DNA of 62,763 nucleotides, filler included, from Rhabdomonas costata (GCA_019059605.1; 27 parts of 27 records of this genome joined end to end with filler, not necessarily neighbours in it); one strand, 5' to 3'. Counted from the first letter of the whole stretch, positions 1 through 11,476 are shown. The notes: generated by a model not told the origin, from the letters alone. Program-made: numbers and translations.

Positions 1-29
1 GGGGGTGGTGACCATCCTCAAAATGGCCT

Positions 30-1294
30 CTGGGCGATCCCGCGGTGGTCAGCGCGAGGCTGCTGCCTGAGGACTGGGCCCCAGAGGCCATTTTGAGGAT
101 GGTCGCCACCTCCACGAACCCACCCTTCCATGCCCTGATTGACACCGGGGCACTGATCACGGGGTTGAACAACGCTCAGGTGTTCCTCTCTCTGCTCTCT
201 CTCTATCTCTCTCTCTTTCGGGTCCAAATACGTCTGCTGCATGTTGGTGGTTCGTAATCAGTTGCATCACTTTCATTCACGCTTCTCTCCACTTAGAAGC
301 AGAACTTAGAAGAACGTGTTTTTGTTGCTGAGAATAGTCAATTCCCCCGTTAGTATGTCCATGATTTAGCCTCAATCATGTTCAGGGAGACGTGCTAACA
401 TCACATCATGTATGATGCCAGGCTTGCCTGCCTGCCACACAGCGTCCAAGGATTTAAGAAAGGATCAGGCTGAAATTTCTCAAAATCCACTCCAGTTCGA
501 TAAACGTGCTCAAGTTTAAACTATTTTGATGGCCCACTCGCCTGAGGCGAACTCACTTCTGGCCGGCTTTCCCGTTTTTTGTGTTCCTTCTTTCTTCCAT
601 CTTGACTGTGTCTCTTTCTTAGGTGGCTGGGTTTCTGCTGGAAGCCGGGTTGGTGGGACGGGAAGGGGTGGTATTTCTGGACCGCGAGGACTGTCAGGTG
701 GTACTCCTACGGGAGGGCCGGGGGGGGGGAGCGGGCGTTCACTCCCCCTTGCTGCAGCAGAATCCGACTGCGAAGGAGACGTTGGTCTTCTCGTAGGATG
801 GAGAGGAACCCAGGGTTATTACCAACAATTGTGAGCAAGACGTGCGGCTACCTGCACTGCTTGCTTCTCATAGGGATGGACATCAAGCAGACCGTGACGT
901 GCAGCGCCGCGCTAACGCTGAGCAAGGTTTGTCACCCAACCGCAGTTGTGTTAATTTTGTTGCTGAGAAGGAATGGAAAGCACTGGTGTCCCCTCCCTCC
1001 GACACCTCACACACTCACGGCCGCTCCTCTTGCCCCCGCAGGACATGACCTTCCGGGACTACAGCCAAGGGGCGTACCGGATGCGCGGGCTGGGCAAGGG
1101 CCAGTGCATCGTCACGCTGGTGATCCCCGAAGTGCAGCGCGCGCTGTACTCCGAGGTCAATGCGGGGCTGGGAGCGGTGGTGTCGCGGGGAATGGCGTTT
1201 CCCTCAGTGTGGGACCCCGCGATGCTGCGGTGGATCTGTGCTTGGCTGGTGATCAACACGATCAAGTCAGAGAACCTGCACTTCGAATCGATGC
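30..1294 (+). CDS. Internal fragment of a DUF3638/DUF3645-type giant protist protein (helicase-like C-terminal motifs); exons ~30-179, 623-~720, 874-926, 1042-1294
   Basis: Spliced motifs ALIDTGALITGLNNAQ|VAGFLL, GVVFLD, G|MDIKQ...ALTLSK|DMTFRDYSQGAYRMRGLGKGQ and WLVINTIKSE. GT-AG introns at 180-622 and 927-1041; probable GC donor (GCAAGT) at 1295. Confidence 0.8.
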
Positions 1295-1426
1295 GCAAGT
1301 CCTGGGTCATAACCTGCCACCCACATTCCACTCTGCAGATCAAGTTTCGAGGCTCAACAGCCCAAGTTCGCAATATCAAAGACTAGGGCATGGAGGACGC
1401 GTTCATAGGTGTGCGCGCGAACATAC

Positions 1427-2227
1427 GCAGTGCACGGCGGCCAGGTAGGTGCTGATGATTTCCTCGACTTGCTCCGGCTGGGTACGCACCACAGCGGAAA
1501 AGTCGGTGATGTCCACGAGAAGCAGAGTGACGGTGCCGCTGCTCAGCCCCAGTTCCGTCTGGGGAAGCACAAGCTGCGTCGCGCGAAGGTCGTGGCTGCG
1601 ACCTACCTCAGGGGGTGGAGCCCTGCGAGGGCTAAGGTGACCCGTTCCCGTCTGCTCAAACGATGCAAAATATTCATCCTGAGGTAGAGCCGGCCGAGTG
1701 GGCTCCCCGGATGAGGTGCTGACTTCCCTCGGCGCCAGGCGAGTGGGGAACAGCGTCTGCGGGATGTAGCAGCGGAGCTGGGTCAGGATCCCAATGGTGT
1801 CATTAAGCCAGAGCTGCACCAGAAGTAATGGCAGTGTATCCGATGCACGAGCATCACGCGTTCATGCAGACTATCAAAAGAGATAGACGGTCATTCAGCA
1901 TGGGATTTGTGCACCTGCTGCCTCATGTCTTGTTTTCATGATTCAGCATCCAATAGCGGTTAAGTATGAAAATCGGTTTTCCAGTTCCGGAGCATCAACA
2001 AACTGGGCCCAAATTTGAAGAGAGGGGAGTAGAGGGTGCTGGCTGCTAAGTGCTTAGTGCTCAGTAAATAAAGGACGCTCCCACCTGAGTGTTGCGAATC
2101 TCCTTGAACGTGGACATCGCTTTCGGGTCGATGGCAAGGCCGTCCAGGTCCATCGTGGCAATCCGATGGATCACGTCCACAAGCCGTACCAATGGGGCGG
2201 AGATAGCCACGGTGAGGCCCACCCCCC
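1427..2227 (-). CDS. Fragment of a receptor-type class III adenylate/guanylate cyclase (HAMP linker plus start of cyclase domain); exons 2227-2085 and 1813-1427
   Basis: HAMP-like ISAPLVRLVDVIHRIATMDL...STFKEIRNTQ|LWLNDTIGILTQLRCYIP, then cyclase beta1/alpha1 GTVTLLLVDITDFSAVVRTQPEQVEEIISTYL. GT-AG intron 2084-1814; GTATGT donor at 1426. Confidence 0.7.
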
Positions 2228-2327
2228 NNNNNNNNNNNNNNNNNNNNNNNNNNNNNNNNNNNNNNNNNNNNTTAATTAATTAANNNNNNNNNNNNNNNNN
2301 NNNNNNNNNNNNNNNNNNNNNNNNNNN
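2228..2327. other. Artificial contig spacer N44-TTAATTAATTAA-N44 (stops in all six frames, contains PacI site); first of 26 copies
   Basis: Identical 100-bp spacers start at 2228, 4555, 6882, 9210, 11537, 13865, 16190, 18515, 20841, 23167, 25492, 27819, 30144, 32469, 34794, 37115, 39440, 41772, 44171, 46496, 48820, 51144, 53468, 55792, 58116 and 60440. Intervening contigs are 2221-2299 bp. Confidence 0.99.
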
Positions 2328-2679
2328 GGTTTGTTGGTTTGCGCTTTTCTGGCAAACTTTGTTGCGACCGCGAATTGGAGTCTCTTTGTTTGTCGTGCCT
2401 AATCCCTTGAGCAAACCCACCTAATCAATCACAGTTCGGAAGGAGCCATCTTAGCACGTATTTTGAAGGGGAAAATCTGCTAGTGTCGTGTTTACTTACT
2501 GCATGCCTTCGGAGCTATTTGCTTCAGTCTTGGCCTTTTTTACAGAGACATAATAATAGTGACACCCCAAGTTGATGGTGGCACTAAATGGGGTTTCTTT
2601 GTAGCCCTGCCTCTTTTTCTTTGTAGGTAACTCCTCAACCCTCTTTCGTATTCTGTTCTCTCCCACCTGTCTCCCCAAG

Positions 2680-3984
2680 ATGTCTTCCTTCAGTCGGGGA
2701 TGCCTCTCTTTAATCACCCTTATTCTCGTCCTTCCCCGAACGTGCGGGCACTTGGGAAAGCGGGACGTCTCGTGCTCTGGGTGGGACGGGTGCCCACCGG
2801 GAAACTATCCTCTCTTTGGCCACAACCCTCAAAACCTCACCATGACGGCGCTGAGCGCGTGCTTCTCCTACCCACGGTGCCTGCTCTTTGCATGCTGCGA
2901 GAAGGCCGTCGTGAAGGCTGCGGAGCAGCACTTCGAGAGCCAGAGAAAGCACCCAACCTACTTTTCCTGCATGTTGGCCAAGCCTCCAAGCTGCGACTAT
3001 TTCATCCCGATCCAGAATAGACTGCACACGCTGCCTGGGTTGCGCCGAGTGTGGACGCGAGAGCTAGTGGCGCGAGGCCTGGCATCGCTCCCACCCACCT
3101 CACCTGAGGCCTATGATGCGCTTCAGGCGCGGAAGGAGTTCCAGGTGGTTTGGGTGGTGAATGCGCCTGGCCCGGAGGACATTCGGGAGATTTTCCCCTC
3201 GGATGTGCTTGGGGTGACGTACAAGAAGCGGGGGGAGCGGATGATGTACTTCCCGAAATCGATGATGAGTGAGGGGCGGATCGCGGGGTACCTTTTTGCC
3301 CGACTCCTGGAGATCCACCAGGGGTGGCTGTACAACTACTTCGTGTTCACGGATGACGACATGGTGGTGACACTTGGGTCGCTTCGACTGTATGAGAACT
3401 TGCTTCAAGCATGGCAGCCCGCAGTGGGAGGCCCCTGGGTGGAGCATTACGCTAAGATTAAGCCTGGGTCACGACAGTACGGTAACATTGTGCGCTCTAG
3501 CGTCCATCTGGACTTTCTAGTGATTGGGTACCACCGGGAGGCTGCAGAGGTGCTGCACCCATGGAACCTGGAATGGGACCCGCAGTGTGGGTGGACGTCC
3601 CAGCTGCTGCAGGTCTATGAGACTGACCTGGTATACCGCAATCACTATCTTCTTTTCTGCCGTGTTGCCGTGCACGACCTGCAGCATCGCAACTACCCCC
3701 GATCGGACTGCATTCATCAGGTTTTCCCTGAGTCTACCACGGCTTTTTACAGGCGGCTTCCTCCCCAGCTCAGGCACTGTGCGATGCCTTCGTTCGTCAA
3801 AAAGAGGTTTACCCAAGCACAAGTGGGGGGCTTGCCCCGAAAGAAAGCTGTGAGGTACCACCTCATGGACGGCCCCTATGCCACGATCCCGCAGCGAGGT
3901 TGCGAGCCCGATGTTTTTGTCAACATGTCGGACCCAGGGTGTTGCAGCATAGACCGGGCGTGGGGCCTCGCCGGTCAAGCTTAG
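2680..3984 (+). CDS. Intronless 434-aa putative secretory-pathway glycosyltransferase-like protein (GT-A DxD motif)
   Basis: Longest ORF in the window, with GC3-rich codons. Hydrophobic N-terminal signal/anchor LSLITLILVL, Cys-rich stem, YNYFVFTDDDMVV motif. Family assignment is inference. Confidence 0.7.
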   Translation: MSSFSRGCLSLITLILVLPRTCGHLGKRDVSCSGWDGCPPGNYPLFGHNPQNLTMTALSACFSYPRCLLFACCEKAVVKAAEQHFESQRKHPTYFSCMLAKPPSCDYFIPIQNRLHTLPGLRRVWTRELVARGLASLPPTSPEAYDALQARKEFQVVWVVNAPGPEDIREIFPSDVLGVTYKKRGERMMYFPKSMMSEGRIAGYLFARLLEIHQGWLYNYFVFTDDDMVVTLGSLRLYENLLQAWQPAVGGPWVEHYAKIKPGSRQYGNIVRSSVHLDFLVIGYHREAAEVLHPWNLEWDPQCGWTSQLLQVYETDLVYRNHYLLFCRVAVHDLQHRNYPRSDCIHQVFPESTTAFYRRLPPQLRHCAMPSFVKKRFTQAQVGGLPRKKAVRYHLMDGPYATIPQRGCEPDVFVNMSDPGCCSIDRAWGLAGQA

Positions 3985-4660
3985 GTTTTGTTTGTTGCTC
4001 TTCTATCCGCGTCTTTGCTGTTCTTTTCCTTGCAAAATTGAACTGCAATTTGGCTCCATACCTAAGCATCATTGGAGCATTTTCATTTTTTGCTTTCTCT
4101 TTCAGTTGCGCGTTTGCGACTGAATTGCTGAGTATCTGATAATGATATGACCTGTCTCGTTTCTATTAGATTGCTTTCACCTTCACATCTTCCATCTTCA
4201 CAGTGTCCACACACACAAATTTACACACGTACGCACCCAGGCCACCGCACTTTCCCATGCCGTGCCGATGGGTTTGGTTTCGGTGCTTATCTTTTGGTGG
4301 GCTAAATCTTGCATCACCTCTCTGAACTGGAGGCTGTCGTTGCCAGAGTCCAAAATCGGCATCCCAGACTTTTTGTGATCGAGCTGTGTCGCATCGTCTG
4401 TTTCTTCAGGTGGAGGCACCGCTGGCAACAGCATTCTCCTCATGTTGCCGAAACAGCCCATCCTTGGGCGAGAAGAACCGTCTCTACACCCCCCCGGTTT
4501 GCCCGAACGAAGGAAGACATGTTGTATCAAGGAACTGATTCCACCACAAAAACCNNNNNNNNNNNNNNNNNNNNNNNNNNNNNNNNNNNNNNNNNNNNTT
4601 AATTAATTAANNNNNNNNNNNNNNNNNNNNNNNNNNNNNNNNNNNNNNNNNNNNGGGGTG

Positions 4661-4719
4661 TTTGACTTAGGCATTTTACAAAAGGCAGCTTGTCCCTTTT
4701 GTAAAATGCCTAAGTCAAA
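4661..4719. repeat. Perfect 25-bp inverted repeat with 9-nt loop
   Basis: TTTGACTTAGGCATTTTACAAAAGG-cagcttgtc-CCTTTTGTAAAATGCCTAAGTCAAA. Confidence 0.92.
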
Positions 4720-4810
4720 AAGCCCCCATACATGGCACTTTTGGACAAGTGTACCGCCACGCAGAAAAATATCAGATGTTAGGAAAGATGAAAGCCCTGC
4801 TGAGAATTAT

Positions 4811-5031
4811 TTTTCACAAGACAAACGTTTTCGTCCTAAAGACAAACTGAAGGCACACTGAATTTTCCAGATCACCACTGAAGACAGCTGAGAACACATT
4901 TGTTAATGAAAACCAAACAAAAACCTATAGGAGGCGCGTTTATTCATCTGTCTTTAGCTGTGCTCAATGGCGTTTAATGAAAATCATGTGTCTTCAGTTT
5001 GTCTTTAGTACAAAAACGTTTTTTGTGAAAA
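4811..5031. mobile_element. MITE-like element with ~45-bp imperfect terminal inverted repeats
   Basis: Left arm TTTTCACAAGACAAACGTTTTCGTCCTAAAGACAAACTGAAGGCACA; reverse complement of right arm TTTTCACAAAAAACGTTTTTGTACTAAAGACAAACTGAAGACACA; non-coding interior. Confidence 0.6.
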
Positions 5032-7130
5032 AAGGATTTTCGATTCATAATAGTGGATTTTCAGCTGGTTGCTAACTCCAGAGACTCCACAGATTCGTTT
5101 TACTCCTCTTTCCTCTTACATACAGGAGTGAAACCGCATAGAGGTGGAACGACAAACCACACATCTAGGGAGTGAGCGTAGCAAACTACCAGCAAAGACT
5201 CTCCCATCACACATAACTAACATCATCACTCATACGCATCAACCCACCAACATCACATCATCACATGCTCTTACGTGGGGAGTGGCCCCTCACACACCGT
5301 AGCATCATCCCTCAGCTTGGAATCGCGTCTGTAACTCCCCTGCGCTCTCACTTAGCATCTCAGCATCAGCATCGTGCATCTAGCGGTATGGTTATGACAC
5401 CATGAGACATGACATAAACCTCAGCATGATATTCTGACATATAACCCTCACTTTCAACTACACTCACTCAATCACCTCTAAAAATCGGTACGTGGGTGTT
5501 TTTAGCGGTGGTGTTAGCATCAGGTCATGTAGGATTTTACCACAGGTGTGATGTAGCGGTTGTAGAGACATAGATGCGTAATGTTATGCGTAGGGTAGTG
5601 TGTATCTCACCTCAACCAGCATCCTTGCATAAGGGTTAATCTCATTCACCTGTGGCAACTGCTCTTCTTTCAGGTTTTGAATCGCGTCATGGAACTCATG
5701 GTGATGGTTAAGCTCTGAATACAGCAGCCACATCACAGATCCAACAAAAGCTTACCTTCCACTGTCATTATTGCCCTTCTGTGGTGGTGACGTTTTGTGG
5801 ATTGCGGTGTGGGTACTGTGGTAGAGTAGCCGGTAGGGCATACCCTTAGCGTAATATTCTCAACATCCCTCCAACACGCAGCGGCATCATCCTACACGTG
5901 GTCGTGGTGGTCATTCTACGCGTATGTCTTACCTACAGCTAGTGTTAGTGTGCGTACAGTACCACTATGGTAGAGCATTGCATGATCGTAGCGTTACTTT
6001 CATTATGACTGTACGTTGATTACATAGCCGTACCCTTCCCCACAAACTATGCGAGCGCCAGACTATGAGAGGCTGACATCCAGTGCCTAGTGCGAACCAG
6101 TGTAGACATTTATCTCACCTCACTCGACATGATCGAGCTCATCTGGATGGTTTTGTGACGTTGCATCACTGGTCACATTGCGCCTTGCCTGGGGATTTTG
6201 TACGCTATATCCTGGCATCCATTAACAGGACTTCCATCAGTTGAAACGCCACTGAAATCGCATGTACACTAGTGGTGCGGTTACACTTTGGTTACAGAAT
6301 TGCTGATTGCTCTCCAATGACACAACTTAGCATCGGAATATGTTCACATATGGCACTGGTGATGCGAGCCACTCCTCGATGTGTTCGCTCATGCGCATCG
6401 TCGTTGCAACTTACAGGATGTTGTCACTGTAGTAGCTTTTGCCCTTCCGGTGGTTTGGCCTTCCAACGTTGCATATCCAGATGGACATCTGATGAGACAG
6501 AAAGCAAAGACCGACGCAACAACACCATGTCAGAAGACACGACTGAAGCGCGAACTCACGACCATTACTCTATTACTCTTAAGCTAACCCTTACGAATAC
6601 CATGACCCTGACCCTCACATCACACGCACTAACCTGAACCGGGCGTTGTCCCACCAGTGGACATGGAATGACGGCGTTCGGAGCGATGCGTTGCATCCAG
6701 CACAGTGAGACTACCACATCAACTTCCCAGGCTGTGGGAAACAATCAACTGAAGGTTTGGGCAAACTATGGCGAGTAGTCGGAGATCTTGACCATCACGT
6801 GACCATGACACACAAAACGCACCATAGACATCCACCCTCACCATCACCATCACCCTCAACACGCAAACCCTTCGCCCACACNNNNNNNNNNNNNNNNNNN
6901 NNNNNNNNNNNNNNNNNNNNNNNNNTTAATTAATTAANNNNNNNNNNNNNNNNNNNNNNNNNNNNNNNNNNNNNNNNNNNNGTGGGTTGTGGTTTGCTGA
7001 TGTGTGTAATCTGATTACGAATAGCTGAGATTGTTGCTTTTGCCTGGAAGGTGCATTGTTTGTGGATTACACACATCAGCAAACCAGAACCATCGCCAAA
7101 CTTCTTCATTGGGTCTCCGATCTGAATCAC

Positions 7131-9190
7131 TGCAGTACCCATATGTGTGGTGAGACTCCGCTGGTTCTGGAAAAACGTATCTCACATGCATTCCCCTTCC
7201 AGCGGTAAGAAAACGGTAAAGTTCCGAAGGAAAACTGATCGGCGTGCTCATGCAATTGTTTTTTCTCCCTCCAAGTCCTCAACTAAAAAGGTTGTGCTCA
7301 CACCAACTCTTTAAAAGTAAAAGTCTCTTCTTCGAGCGGAACATCCCAATGCCCACACATACCATGGCGCCTATTTTGCACAATTCGAATTCATCAAAGT
7401 CTTAGCTCTGTCACGGAAGGGCATTGCTGCAATACGGTAGATAACCCGCAGAAACAAAAAAACTCCCCTTCCTCAGAAGCAAACACTATACCATTTGACA
7501 GCAGCCAAAATCTGTGAGCAGAAGAACGTCCCAGCGAGTAAAAAGCTTAACCCTTGGACCCCCCCCTCCCTTTTGCACAGAGACGCGTGTGCGTGTGTGC
7601 GTACTACCACAGACATCGATCTTCAGCCAAGGTACGAGAGGTACACATGTAGGATTTTGGGCTTCTCTACTGCACTCCGCAGACCAAGACACACTGGAAT
7701 CAATAGGATCCAATCAATGGCATCATGCAAGATCCTCTCACCCTCTGCGAAATCTTGTATTCGAATCCCGTCCGTGGGAACGTGTATAACCCTTCAGCCC
7801 CATCTGAATACACTTGAATCCCAGGAATGGAGCATTGCCTTCCAATGACCCTGAATCAATAATTGAACATCATTCACCAGGCAAACCAGGGTACCATTGG
7901 TGCCGGGTTCACCTCACCCTCCCATCACCATCAGCATTAGACCCAGACCCACACGTGTGATGGATACCGGTGATCTTGGCCACCCCGTTGGCCACCAGGA
8001 TGTTCGAGGGCTTGAGGTCGCAGTGCGCGATGCCCCTGGAGTGCAGGTAGGACAGGCCCTGCAGAACATGGCGGATGTACGGCGCCGCCACGGGCAGCGC
8101 CAGCGTGCCCTCCCGGCAGCAAAGCTTCCGAAGAGAGCTGTGGAAAAGGACCCAAGCCATACGGACAGGGATATTTTCATTCTTAGGAGAAGCCACTGGT
8201 GATGACACGCGGGGTGGGCTGGATGTAGCTGATTACCTTCTCTCTTTCATTTCGTTCACTCCAGGCTTCAATATGTTATGATGAGAAGAGAGAGCGGAAA
8301 GAAGGAGACTGGGCTACAGGAGTCAGTACTGTGTGTGTGCAAGCATCACAATAGCAAACGAGGAACCGAAGAAGGAGGACCGCTGGAGGCGGCATTCAAG
8401 AGTCAACAACAGCGGCATGAACTAATGAGGCAGTTCTATTCTTTGTGGCTGGTCAAAAGGGAACACAGGATGCACAAAACTTCAAGTCGTGCTTTCCACC
8501 GCAGTGCCCATCCACTTGGGTTGCACCGCCCTCAATGTCGCTGCGTGCCACGAATGGAGCTCCACAGTGTTTTCACGCCAGTTTTTTCTATGAAGCGATT
8601 CTAAACGGGGCGTGGCTTCCGTGTGGAACAAGGGCTGCTCTAGGATTTTCATGGCACTAAAGGACACAGGGGTGGATGCTCATACTCGTCGACGTACTCC
8701 AGCACGAGGTACAGGAACCCGCCCTTCTCCGCAGAGCCCAGGCAGCGCACGATGTTGGGGTGCCTCAGGCTGCGCAGCACCCTCACCTCGGCCGGAGAGC
8801 GGTTGGCACTAAACCTCTTCACTGCAGTCTGCAAAGTTCAAAAAGCCCAGCGGCCATGTCGACATGTCGACGACAACGAGGAAAAAAGATCATAAAGCTG
8901 TAGCGGTCAAGAGTTTTGCTGTTGAGTTACCACGCCAAACCACAAATGATCCGAGTGCAGTTTACGGAAGAATCCGTGAAGCATATCCACAGAGAGGCCG
9001 CCAGCAGCTGGGACGCTCCGAGGTGTGTTCTGAATGGCTCTGGTGTGAAATTGTAAAGGTCATAAGGACCTCACTCACTCACTCACTCACTCACTCCCAC
9101 TCTCTCTCTCACTCTCTCACTCTCTCAACTTCCTTCCCTCTCTGTAAGGTACCACTTCGCCGGCCTCGGAGAAACCCAGGAAGACCACCA
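7131..9190 (-). CDS. Ser/Thr protein kinase fragment (STE11/MAP3K-like, non-RD); exons ~9190-9153, 8828-8686, 8137-7968, 7511-7492, 7166-7131
   Basis: Spliced: VVFLGFSEAGEV|TAVKRF...LRHPNIVRCLG...LVLEYVD|DSLRK...YLHSRGIAHCDLKPSNILV...KIT|DFGCCQM|NQRSLTTHMGTA. All junctions are GT-AG and phase-compatible. Confidence 0.88.
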
Positions 9191-9669
9191 CCGCCAAACA
9201 CACCCACACNNNNNNNNNNNNNNNNNNNNNNNNNNNNNNNNNNNNNNNNNNNNTTAATTAATTAANNNNNNNNNNNNNNNNNNNNNNNNNNNNNNNNNNN
9301 NNNNNNNNNTTGTTTTTGGTGAGTTCTTTCCCGCCAGCCCCCCAGTTGTCCCATGCTTCAATTATCACACTTCTTTTCTTCTTTCTTTTCCCTTTTTCTT
9401 CCTTCCTTCCTTCTTTTCCCTTTCTGCAAGCTCTTCACTCAGCTCACATTGCCTGCTAGGAACGCAGCTCTCCAATTCTCCACCTTCCGTTTCCTACACT
9501 GCTCAAACATTGTGTTTATTCTTCCCTTGCCTTGAGCGGTTGTTTTTCTGTACCGGATACTGCACGCCTTGTGGTCAGACATTTGCGTCATAAAAATGCC
9601 AGGTGACTGGAAAAGCAGCCTGCTGCAACTTTCTTCTGTTTTTGCGGAAGGGGGGGGGGGTGCAAAACT

Positions 9670-11476
9670 GGCCCAGATAGCATCGAGCCACAGATGCCAC
9701 ACAGCAAGCGAACAGGCAGCGGCAGCAATGGAATCCCAAAACCACAGGAACTCGGAGCGAGGAGGATGTCACGCCTTGGCCTTTTGCGAGTGTCCGGGGG
9801 GAGGTACAGGTCCAGGGAGTGCCGGGGCAGAGTGCCGTAGGGAACATCCCTCAGGATAGCCGGTGAGAGGGCGTACCACCACGCCACTCTCAGGAAGGCC
9901 GGCAACAGGGGCACCACAAACAGCAAAAACCGGCCCGCCACCTGGGAAAGGACAGAAACGATAGTGACTTTGTCATCAAAAGAATTGCACGACATTGCTG
10001 CCAACTCCCCCAGGCCAGCGCCTCGATCCGGAAAGAGTGCGCAATGAACGCCTTGCGACACTGCTGTATGGAGACAGGAAGGATCGAAGTTCCTTCTACC
10101 CTTACAAACCAATCAATCACACAGGCCGACGACGAGCTCAAAAAGCAAGCGGAAACAAAATGGATGTACCCTAAGAATAATTGTCGACGTATTTAACCCA
10201 GACGACGTTGCGAATTCTCGAAGAAAAAAGTATTGCGAATGTCAACAACATCGAGATAAAAAACTTACCATCTTTCCATTGATGCTTTTGCCCTTTTGCC
10301 CTTTTGTTTTGACCGAAAATCAAACCAACGAAATTGTCATAAACATAGGGAAGAGCAAGTCGACTTTTGACCGATTTTAGATTCACAGCATTGGAATGAG
10401 TGTTTTCAGCTATGCTCAGCCCTTCACCATGACGCACTCTCCACTCACCATGGCTCCCATCCGGAGGCTGAGGTAGGGGTACACCACGGGCACCCTCATC
10501 GCGACCTTCGCCCCAGCCCACGCCAAAAAGCCCACCACCCGCAGCCGCTCCCGCACCGCCTGCACCCCCAGGCACGACAGCGCCGCCACCGCCACCCCAA
10601 CGCTGCTGGCGGGGGGCAGCGTGTTGGAGGTCCCCATGTGGATCAGGTACGCCACCACAGGGACAGTCCACACTCCAGTGGACACAGGCCCTGAGAAACC
10701 GCGGAGATCTCGAATGGAACGCGTGCCGAAGCCCGTTGCGTAAATCTCGTGAATGCAAAAGCGACACCCAACTAACACAGCAAAACCAGCGTAAGTTCTG
10801 AGCAATACTCTGTTGTTCTACATGGCAAAACACTCGCCAACAAAAACCTGAAGAAAACAAGCCGTAATGGAGTGAATTTCTGAATTAGACGCTGCAAGCG
10901 CGTACGCGTGCCCCGAGATCAACCTAAAAGTTCCTCTGCGGCAACTCCCCTCCAAGGAGATTCCAGGCCTCCCAAAAGGACAGCCTTGGAAGACGCCACA
11001 GAAGAGGCAGGGAGGAAGTTGGAGCTGAGCAAGTGAATGACAAAGCCCAGGTGAAGGTACGCCCCACACACTCCCGCGATCAACATCCCAGACCGGGCAA
11101 ACCCAGGGGTCACTGAGAAGCACAAACTGAGTCCCAGGGCAAACGAGGCGAGAGCGCTCCAGTTCAGGCAAACCCGAGGGCATGGAGGATCGTCAGGGAG
11201 ACTGGAGAACATGGAAATCAGAGCCGCTGAGCTAACCAATTTCCAGCCCAGAAATGAACCTGCGACTCCAAGATAGGCCCCAGCAATGGGCCGGATTGGC
11301 TGAAGCCAGGCCAGCAGGGCAGAAAGTGCCGCGTTGACCTGACTGAGTTTCCTGTCCTCATTGAAGGCGTGCTGCCACGCCAGCCAAAGTGAAAGAATGA
11401 AGGCGAACGAGAAAACATGCAAGGTGAGGAAAACAGCCTGCGCCATTCCTTGGAAAACAACTGGGACGAGAAACAA
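9670..11476 (-). CDS. Isoprenylcysteine methylesterase (ICME)-like alpha/beta hydrolase fragment with multi-TM N-terminal extension; exons ~11476-10924, 10690-10428, 9941-~9670
   Basis: LLPAFLRVAWWYALSPAILRDVPYGTLPRHSLDLYLP resembles the plant ICME 'YG..PRN.LDLYLP' region. Upstream exons are hydrophobic, with phase-compatible GT-AG junctions. The catalytic core is not in this contig. Confidence 0.6.

Noticed and set aside
6489..6510. CTGATGAGACAGAAA resembling a hammerhead ribozyme core
   Set aside because: No closing pair for stem II, and I could not form stems I or III.
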